Assembly (NCBI GenBank): GCA_035759745.1
Contig: DASTUF010000084.1
Location: 10,784 to 74,783 of the forward strand
Origin: Gemmatimonadales bacterium
GTDB lineage: Bacteria > Gemmatimonadota > Gemmatimonadetes > Gemmatimonadales > GWC2-71-9
Reading direction: 5' to 3'
DNA length: 64,000 bases
The position numbers were made by a program, and so were the translations under genes. The notes beneath the pieces are model-generated. The model did not search any database. It saw only the letters and a program-made list of their open reading frames with translations, and was not told the DNA's origin. Shown piece by piece: positions 44,950 through 51,502 of the stretch (position 1 is its first letter; every line of letters starts with the position of its first letter).

Positions 44950-46335
44950 ATGCAGCAGTCCGCCCGGGACGCGTGGAAGCGTATTCTCGATTCCGCCAAG
45001 CGCGATCTACCCGATCACACGATCCGCACCTGGCTCGAACCCACGGAAGCCATCGAGTACGACGATGGCCGCCTGGTCGTCGCCGCGCCCGATCAATTCG
45101 CGGTTGAATGGAACGAGACCAAGCACGCCCCCGTGCTTGCCCGCATCGCGCAGGAAGTGCTGGGCGAGCCGGTGACGCTGGTCTTCCGGGTCCAGGAGGA
45201 CCGCCAGCGCCGCCCGCAGATGGACTTCTTCGTGGCGCCTTCGCCCGCGGTGGCGCCGCCGGCGGTGCCCGTCAATCCCAGTAGCCAGCCGCTCAACGAG
45301 CGCTACGGGTTTGCCCAGTTCGTCATCGGCAAGTCCAATGAGCTGGCGGCCGCGGCCGCCCACGCGGTGACGTCGGCGCCGGGCAAGACCTACAACCCGC
45401 TCTTCATTTATGGCGCCACCGGGCTGGGCAAGACCCACCTGATGCAGGCCATCGCCCACAAGGTGCTGGAGAACAACCCGGACTCCCGGGTACTGTATGT
45501 GGGCGCCGAGCAATTCATCAACGAAGTCATCGAAAGCATCCACAGCCGGACCATGCCGGAGTTCCGGCGCCGGTACCGGAGTGACGTGGACCTCTTCCTG
45601 GTGGACGACGTGCATTTCCTTGAGGGCAAGGAAATGACCCAGGAGGAGTTCTTCCACACCTTCAATGCGCTCTACGAGGCGGGCAAGCAGATCGTCCTGA
45701 CGTCGGACCGCCCGCCCAAGGAAATCCCGAACCTCGAGGCCCGGCTGGTCAGCCGCTTCGAATGGGGCATGGTGGCCGACGTGGGCCAGCCCGACCTGGA
45801 GCACCGGATCGCCATTCTGCGGAAGAAGCAGGAGCAGGACCATCTCGAGCTCACCATTCCGGACGACGTGCTCCGCTTCATCGCCGAGCACGTCCGGACC
45901 AGCGTGCGCGAGCTCGAGGGCTGCATCATCAAGATGCTGCTCTACGCCTCGCTCAAGCACCGCGAGATTTCCATTGAGCTGGCCCGCGAGGCCCTGGCCG
46001 ACAAGATCCGCTCCGACGATGACGAGCTCGAACCCGAAGCACGGCCGACCATCTCGCGGGTGCAGGAGGTCGTCGCCCGCCGCTGGGGTGTCACACCCGA
46101 GGGGCTCCGGAGCAAGGCCCGGATCAAGACCCTCACCGTGCCGCGGCAGATCGCGATGTACCTCGCGCGTGAGGTGCTGCAGATGCAACTTGTGGAAATC
46201 GGCCAGGCCTTCGGCGGCCGCGACCACTCGACAGTGATTCACAGTGTCGACAAGGTGCAGCGACAGATGCAGCGCGATCGCACATTTCGCGAGCGCGTGG
46301 AGCACGCCAGGCACGAAGTGGTGACAGCCGGCTGA
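44950..46335 (+). CDS. dnaA: chromosomal replication initiator protein DnaA
   Basis: AAA+ Walker A GATGLGKTHL, sensor motifs, and the C-terminal DNA-binding domain (...GGRDHSTVIHS). Confidence 0.98.
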   Translation: MQQSARDAWKRILDSAKRDLPDHTIRTWLEPTEAIEYDDGRLVVAAPDQFAVEWNETKHAPVLARIAQEVLGEPVTLVFRVQEDRQRRPQMDFFVAPSPAVAPPAVPVNPSSQPLNERYGFAQFVIGKSNELAAAAAHAVTSAPGKTYNPLFIYGATGLGKTHLMQAIAHKVLENNPDSRVLYVGAEQFINEVIESIHSRTMPEFRRRYRSDVDLFLVDDVHFLEGKEMTQEEFFHTFNALYEAGKQIVLTSDRPPKEIPNLEARLVSRFEWGMVADVGQPDLEHRIAILRKKQEQDHLELTIPDDVLRFIAEHVRTSVRELEGCIIKMLLYASLKHREISIELAREALADKIRSDDDELEPEARPTISRVQEVVARRWGVTPEGLRSKARIKTLTVPRQIAMYLAREVLQMQLVEIGQAFGGRDHSTVIHSVDKVQRQMQRDRTFRERVEHARHEVVTAG

Positions 46336-46582
46336 GCGTCACCCACAGAATCTTCCACGCGTTGAAAGCGGGAATGTAGGTAATCTGGACGACGGGGATT
46401 TTCGGGGGTTGGGAAGCGCATTCGTCCCCATCCCCCACGGAGGTCCAACACGAACGGAGCGCTGGAGACAGTGCAGTACGTAGGAGTTGTGCCGCCGGTC
46501 CACATTTCCGGCCTCTCTACTACTACTGCTATATCTCTTAAATTGGTGAAGTAGTCTTAATTAGAGCCATCCGAGGAGAGGC
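46336..46582. other. candidate oriC / DNA-unwinding region (dnaA-dnaN intergenic)
   Basis: DnaA-box-like sites TCACCCACA (46339-47), TCTTCCACG (46351-59) and CGGTCCACA (46496-504). (TAC)3 at 46518-26, then a conspicuously AT-rich tract to about 46566 in an otherwise GC-rich genome. Confidence 0.5.
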
Positions 46583-47695
46583 ATGAAGTTCTCGATCACG
46601 CGCGAGCAGATGCAGGAAGGACTCGTCGCCGTCGCGGCAGCGGTGCCGTCGAAGACGACACTGCCGGTGCTCTCGAATATCCTGGTCGAGGCGGGCAAGG
46701 ACGGGATCCGGCTCTCGGGCACCGACCTCGACGTCTCGGTGAGCACGACCGTGAGCGCATCGGTCGACCAGGAAGGCGCCATCACGCTGCCGGCCCGCAA
46801 GCTGGTCGAGATCGTGCGCGAACTTCCCAGCGCCTCGATCCGGATCACAGGATCGGGTGAGCAGCGGGTGTCCATCGAGTGCGGCCGGTCGCGCTTCAAG
46901 CTGCTGGGCCTGCCCAAGGAAGAGTTCCCCGCCTTTCCGGCAGTCAAGTTCGACAAGGCCTGGCGGGCGACATCGGGCGACCTCCAGAAGCTCATCTCCC
47001 ACGTGGCGTTCGCCGCCAGCACCGAGGAAAGCCGCCCGATTCTCAACGGCGTGCTCTGGGAGCTCCGGCCTGAACGGATGCGCATGGTCGCCACCAACGG
47101 CCATCGCCTCGCCAAGATGGACGTCCCCGCCACCGCAGGCGGTGGCGCCCAGGCCGACCTCATCGTACCACCCAAGGCCCTGGAGCAGATCCGCCGGCTG
47201 TTTGGTTCCGATGAGGATGTCGAGATCGCCCGGAGCGAGAATCACCTCGCCTTCCGGACCGGTTCGACCCAGATCTACACCCGGCTGATCGACGGACCGT
47301 ATCCCAACTACGAGCAGGTGATTCCGCGGGAAAACGACAAGGTCGCCACCACCGACAAGGCGGCGATCGCGGCGGCGCTGCGGCGCATGAGCATCGTCGC
47401 CAGCGACCAGACCCACCGGATCCGGCTGGCCTTCGCCAATGGCTCGTGCAAGCTGTCGGTGCAGACCCCTGACCTGGGCGAGGCCCAGGAAGAGGTGACG
47501 GTGAGTTACGAGGGGGACCCGCTGGAGATCGGCTTCAACGCGGCCTACATGCTCGAGATCCTGAAGTTCATGCCCACCGACGAGGTGCGGTTCACCTTCA
47601 AGGCACCCGAGCGCGCGGCGACCTGCGAACCGGTGGGCTGGGACGACCCGGCCAGCTACCTCGCCCTGGTCATGCCACTCAGGCTCGTAGACTAG
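46583..47695 (+). CDS. dnaN: DNA polymerase III subunit beta (sliding clamp)
   Basis: MKFSITREQ...TLPVLSNILVEA...NGHRLA...MPLRL. RBS GAGGAGAGG upstream. Confidence 0.97.
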   Translation: MKFSITREQMQEGLVAVAAAVPSKTTLPVLSNILVEAGKDGIRLSGTDLDVSVSTTVSASVDQEGAITLPARKLVEIVRELPSASIRITGSGEQRVSIECGRSRFKLLGLPKEEFPAFPAVKFDKAWRATSGDLQKLISHVAFAASTEESRPILNGVLWELRPERMRMVATNGHRLAKMDVPATAGGGAQADLIVPPKALEQIRRLFGSDEDVEIARSENHLAFRTGSTQIYTRLIDGPYPNYEQVIPRENDKVATTDKAAIAAALRRMSIVASDQTHRIRLAFANGSCKLSVQTPDLGEAQEEVTVSYEGDPLEIGFNAAYMLEILKFMPTDEVRFTFKAPERAATCEPVGWDDPASYLALVMPLRLVD

Positions 47696-47712
47696 ACTAG
47701 ACTAGACTAGAC
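47688..47712. repeat. (TAGAC)5 pentanucleotide tandem repeat containing the dnaN stop codon
   Basis: TAGAC x5, read directly. This puts TAG in all three plus-strand frames. Confidence 0.9.
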
Positions 47713-47718
47713 TGGGAT

Positions 47719-47804
47719 GTGATTGGTGAAGGGTGAACGGTGATGGGTGATTGGGCGACTGCGCCTCCCTGCCCCGTTCACTCATCACCGCTCACTTTTC
47801 ACTC
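47719..47804. repeat. heptamer hairpin (GTGATTG/GTGAAGG/GTGAACG flavour)
   Basis: GTGATTG GTGAAGG GTGAACG GTGATGG GTGATTG (47719-53) pairs with CCGTTCAC TCATCAC CGCTCAC TTTTCAC TC (47774-804). The stop of the convergent gene lies in the right arm. Confidence 0.85.
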
Positions 47805-48342
47805 AGAGCGTCTCCTGCCCCTCCCGCTCCGTCGCCGGATACCCGTTCTCCATCGACACTTCTTCCAGCCGCCTCAGCGCGTCCGCCGTGCTGGGCGTGA
47901 CCCGGTTGCGCTTGGCGGCGCGGTGCTCGCTCCACCGGGCCGAAGCACTGTGGCGGAAGTCATCGATGGTGCTGCTGGCCCAGTTGCGGGCCTTGCGAGT
48001 GCTCTCGGGGGCCAGCGCAGCCGCCACGGCGGCACCGGCCAGGGATCCGAGTGTGGCGTAGAGCGCGCCGTGAGACTTGGGCTGACGGCGACCATGGCGG
48101 ACCCGCTCGTAACTGTCCAGGGCTGCTGCCCCCAGCGAACTGGCTCGGCTGGGCAGGTCGAGATCGCGCACCTTGCGGGACACGTCGCGCGAAGTCTCGC
48201 GCCCCCGTTCAGTCGCGACCAGCAACGCCACACCGGCGCCCACCGCTGCGGCCACGGTCATCGCGGGAACGTGGTTCCACCACGACGACCCGGACCGCTC
48301 TGATTCAATATCGGTCAAGAGATCCTGCGAGCGTTCAGGCAT
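47803..48342 (-). CDS. hypothetical membrane-associated protein
   Basis: The Met at 48342 has a GGAGG 8 nt upstream. One TM-like segment (VPAMTVAAAVGAGVALLVA). The track's 200-aa N-terminal extension is Pro/Arg/Gly-rich and looks non-coding. Confidence 0.55.
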   Translation of the reverse strand: MPERSQDLLTDIESERSGSSWWNHVPAMTVAAAVGAGVALLVATERGRETSRDVSRKVRDLDLPSRASSLGAAALDSYERVRHGRRQPKSHGALYATLGSLAGAAVAAALAPESTRKARNWASSTIDDFRHSASARWSEHRAAKRNRVTPSTADALRRLEEVSMENGYPATEREGQETL

Positions 48343-48434
48343 GGGAGCACCTCCGTAATTGGCTGCGAACCACTTGTTCTCCCTCAAAAGTTGGCCATGC
48401 GGGCCGCTGCTGCGGTGACCGATGACCAGCAGAG

Positions 48435-49307
48435 TCAGGGAGTCGGGAGGGGTATGGGGACGGTCCTCGGCTCTACCGGGACCACCACGGGCGTTCCGGG
48501 CTGCTCCACCGGCTGGGCGATGTCCTGGGCCTTCGGCAATTCCTCGGTCTCCCGGGGGACTTCCACCCACTCGCCCCGCATCCGGCGGAGGATCAGCGCC
48601 TGCCGCGCCCGCATCCGGCCCGGCTGATAGTCCGGATTGGATGACAGTGGAAACGGCAGCGTCGCTGCCAGGGCGGCGGCCTGGTGCCGGGTGAGCCGCG
48701 ATGGCGCCCGATCGAAGTACGCCTCGCTCGCGTCGCGCACCCCCCAGACGCCCGGGCCCAGCTCGACGACGTTGACGTAGAGCTCCAGCAGGCGATCCTT
48801 TCCGAGCGCCCACTCCAGCCGATAGGCGGTGACCGCCTCCTTCACCTTGCGCAGCGGGTTCCGCGACGGCGACAGGTACAGGTTCTTGGCCAGCTGCTGC
48901 GAAATCGTGCTGGCCCCACGAAGCCGGCTGCGCCGCCTCCACGCGCCCGGCAGCGCTTCCAGCAGCGCGTCCCAGTCGCGGCCGCTGGTCCAGCTGAAGT
49001 GGTCACGAGGGTAGCCCAGCGCCTTCCGGAGCTCCACGAAGTCGAGGCCGCCATGGCTCCGGAACCGGTTGTCCTCACCCCGGATGACCGCGGCAAGGAA
49101 CAGCGGCGAGATGCTGTCGAGCGGCACCGGCTGATAGGGAGGCTCGAGCGACGCGATCGGTATCCGCTCCCGCATCCGCATGAATGCGGTCTCGGACGGG
49201 AAGTGGGTCGCGTACCAGATGGGCGGTGGCCAGACGGCAAACAGCCACCCCACGAAAATCAGCGAGGCGGCTGCAATGCCGAGAAGAAACCGACGGACGA
49301 TGCGCAC
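48435..49307 (-). CDS. mtgA: monofunctional biosynthetic peptidoglycan transglycosylase
   Basis: GT51 motifs RGEDNRFRSHGGLD and ISQQLAKNLYL. The probable GTG start at 49307 gives an N-terminal TM anchor (VRIVRRFLLGIAAASLIFVGWL). Confidence 0.85.
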   Translation of the reverse strand: MRIVRRFLLGIAAASLIFVGWLFAVWPPPIWYATHFPSETAFMRMRERIPIASLEPPYQPVPLDSISPLFLAAVIRGEDNRFRSHGGLDFVELRKALGYPRDHFSWTSGRDWDALLEALPGAWRRRSRLRGASTISQQLAKNLYLSPSRNPLRKVKEAVTAYRLEWALGKDRLLELYVNVVELGPGVWGVRDASEAYFDRAPSRLTRHQAAALAATLPFPLSSNPDYQPGRMRARQALILRRMRGEWVEVPRETEELPKAQDIAQPVEQPGTPVVVPVEPRTVPIPLPTP

Positions 49308-49317
49308 CGGCGGTGAA

Positions 49318-50196
49318 TCAGCGCAGCAGGATTGCGCGAGCGGTGCCCCGCTGCCGACCCTCCACCGTCTGGCCCACCGATGGCACCGTGACCCGGACCA
49401 GCGACGATTCGGCAGACTCGAATCCTGCCGGCACTCCGTCGGTGCCGAGGTACACCGTGGTGGCACGCTCGCCCTGGGTGTCGATGTCGCGCTGCTGGCC
49501 GAACTCGGTGACCGACCCCTGCTGGGTGAAAGTTCCCTGGCCGGTCAGCACCAGCGCCGTGCGGGCACCGCGAACCGACGGCCCCGACGCGACCCAACTC
49601 ATGCGTGCAACTTCCTTGACCGTCGAGCTCGGTCCGCCCAGCGCGGCGATGGTCGTGTCGGTCCACACTGCCCCGGTTGCCACACCACCCGCTGGAAGCG
49701 ACGGCACCAGGAACCGGATCAGCGATTCCACCCTCCCTGCCAGCAGGTTGGTGCGATCCACGCTCAGCGAATCGAGGTGGCCGTTGGGGGTCACGCGAAT
49801 TGACCACACCGTGCCGCGGGCGCTGTCCAGCAGCGCCGGAGGCACCGGCACCTGGGTTGATGCCAGGATCGAATCCAGGACAAATGTCAGCCGGAACCCC
49901 CTGTCGGCGGCCTCGGCACTCTGGCCCAGCCACGCCGTGATGGCAATGTACTGAACCACCGAATCACCGTTGGGCATCGCGAATGCCGTGGTGTCGTTCA
50001 TCAACACCTGGTACCGCGCCGTCATGCTCGGCGAGAGCAGCACTACATCGCCGGTGCCTGGGCGACTGACCGGTATCGCCGTATCGACCGGCGTCACCAC
50101 TCCGGTCGGAGCCGGCGGCAACGGCCGCGCTGGCGGCGCCGCCGTGGCACAGCCCGCCAGACCCAGCATAAGGATGACTGAACGTGCAGCTGTCAT
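49318..50196 (-). CDS. hypothetical lipoprotein
   Basis: Lipobox MLGLAGC. No recognised domain. Its start overlaps the upstream gene's stop. Confidence 0.6.
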   Translation of the reverse strand: MTAARSVILMLGLAGCATAAPPARPLPPAPTGVVTPVDTAIPVSRPGTGDVVLLSPSMTARYQVLMNDTTAFAMPNGDSVVQYIAITAWLGQSAEAADRGFRLTFVLDSILASTQVPVPPALLDSARGTVWSIRVTPNGHLDSLSVDRTNLLAGRVESLIRFLVPSLPAGGVATGAVWTDTTIAALGGPSSTVKEVARMSWVASGPSVRGARTALVLTGQGTFTQQGSVTEFGQQRDIDTQGERATTVYLGTDGVPAGFESAESSLVRVTVPSVGQTVEGRQRGTARAILLR

Positions 50197-50951
50197 TGCA
50201 GCATCGTGATCGTGCCTGACACCTGGTTCGCGATGGGAATTACCCCGGCGCCTGGTGGAGCAAGCAGGAGGTCGGATTGATCGTCGGACTTGCCGCTCAG
50301 CACCCAGCCGCCGGGAGCCACATGCACTTCGGCAGTGGAATTGCCCCTGCCCTCGAGGGGCAGCCCACCCTGAACGGTGCCCGACAGCGAGTAGGCTGAC
50401 TTCGACGTGATCTTGAGTGCGCCGCCGTCGCCGGCTGCGGCCATGTGGTTGGTCACGGCACTTCGACTGGTGATGCCCGTCGGTATCGTGTCGGTGGTGC
50501 TCACCGTGTCGCTCCAGCTGTCACCGGCCTTGGTGCCAGGCTTGACCATGGGGAACAGTCCGTCCACCAGGCCGCGCAGCTGCGGCCCCCGCACCGAGTC
50601 TACATCCACAAAGCCTTCAGCTTCGCCTTCAGCGGTCACGAAACCCGCACCACGCAGATCCTTGAACCCACCGATCATGGCGGCCAGGGCGGGATTGTCG
50701 GCACCCGGCCCCGGTACCACCGAGTCCACGGTGGCCCGGACGGCTCGGCCGCCGGCGCTGTCCGTCACCTCCAAGGTCAGGTACAGGTCGTACGCAGCCG
50801 ACAGTACCTGCTCAGCCTGGCCCATGGCCGAAAGGTCCACGACCTGGTCTATCTGCTGTTGAATCCTGTAGCGCAGCGTCTCGGCAGCGCCCGAGGGCGA
50901 GGCTATGAGCGCGGCGACGGTAACGGCGGCAATTGCGGTACTCGGGATCAT
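50193..50951 (-). CDS. hypothetical secreted protein
   Basis: The Met at 50951 gives the signal peptide MIPSTAIAAVTVAALIASPSGAAE. The longer track ORF would run into rnpB. Confidence 0.6.
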   Translation of the reverse strand: MIPSTAIAAVTVAALIASPSGAAETLRYRIQQQIDQVVDLSAMGQAEQVLSAAYDLYLTLEVTDSAGGRAVRATVDSVVPGPGADNPALAAMIGGFKDLRGAGFVTAEGEAEGFVDVDSVRGPQLRGLVDGLFPMVKPGTKAGDSWSDTVSTTDTIPTGITSRSAVTNHMAAAGDGGALKITSKSAYSLSGTVQGGLPLEGRGNSTAEVHVAPGGWVLSGKSDDQSDLLLAPPGAGVIPIANQVSGTITMLQ

Positions 50952-51029
50952 TCTCAGCTCGGGTAAAGGGTTCGGAAAAGTACGAGAATTGCCGGTTGAA
51001 CAGGTAGGGTTCAATTCTGCAACAGAAAT

Positions 51030-51053
51030 GGGCCCCCGAAGTTCGGGGGCCCA
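51030..51053 (-). terminator. rnpB terminator hairpin
   Basis: On the minus strand GGGCCCCCGAACTTCGGGGGCCC is followed by ATTTCTGTTG, directly after the 3' strand of the P1 stem. Confidence 0.6.
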
Positions 51054-51418
51054 TCGGGCCAGGCCGTAAGCCGAGTTCTGTTCCGTCCGCCGGAGCGGAG
51101 GGATGATCATCTGTCTGGGACGGTCGTCGCCGACCGCCTCGTGCAGCCTACCCGCGGCTCGGTCGGTGTGGGTCACACCTCGCCGCTTATTTGGCCTTGC
51201 TCCGGCTGGGGGTTACCGTGCCACCACCGTTACCGGCGGTGCGGTGGGCTCTTACCCCACCGTTTCACCCTTACCCGACGGTTGCCCGCCTGGCGGTCTG
51301 TTCTCTGTGGCCCTGTCCGTCGCCTTGCGGCGCCCAGGCGTTACCTGGCAGCCTACCCGTTGGAGCTCGGACTTTCCTCCAGACGCTTCCGCGCCCAGCG
51401 ACCATCACGCCCGGCCCA
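51054..51418 (-). ncRNA. rnpB: RNase P RNA, bacterial type A
   Basis: The reverse complement contains the universally conserved blocks GGAGGAAAGTCCGAGCTCC, GGGTAGGCTGCCAGGTAACGCCTGG, CACAGAGAACAGACCGCC, GGTAAGGGTGAAACGGTGGGGTAAGAGCCCACCGC, CCGGAGCAAGGCCAAATA, AGACAGATGATCATCC and ACAGAACTCGGCTTA. P1 pairs GGGCCGGGCGT with ACGGCCTGGCCC. Ends are accurate to about 5 nt. Confidence 0.92.
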
Positions 51419-51423
51419 CCCTC

Positions 51424-51429
51424 AATATA
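51424..51429 (-). promoter_or_regulatory. candidate -10 box (TATATT) for rnpB
   Basis: TATATT on the minus strand lies 6-7 nt upstream of the predicted P1 5' end. Confidence 0.4.
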
Positions 51430-51460
51430 CCCGGGCGGCCGGCGGGCCGCCCCTAATCCT

Positions 51461-51502
51461 CACTTCCCAATTCCCACTTCCCACTTCCCACTTCCCACTT
51501 CA
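51461..51502. repeat. single-armed heptamer array (CACTTCC x4, CAATTCC, CACTTCA); G-rich on the minus strand
   Basis: Read directly. The kinase stop codon is the last triplet of the array, and no complementary arm is nearby. Confidence 0.9.

Noticed and set aside
47696-47802. Expected recF/gyrB after dnaN
   Set aside because: They are not present. dnaN is followed by repeats and a convergent hypothetical gene. This is a variation in gene order, not evidence of a rearrangement that can be judged from this window.
48343-48942. N-terminal 200-aa extension of the 47803-48942 ORF
   Set aside because: It is Pro/Arg/Gly/Ala-rich low-complexity sequence that overlaps mtgA. The internal Met at 48342 has a GGAGG RBS.
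50952-51176. N-terminal extension of the 50193-51176 ORF
   Set aside because: It would run through the rnpB terminator and the 3' part of rnpB. The signal peptide begins at the Met at 50951.
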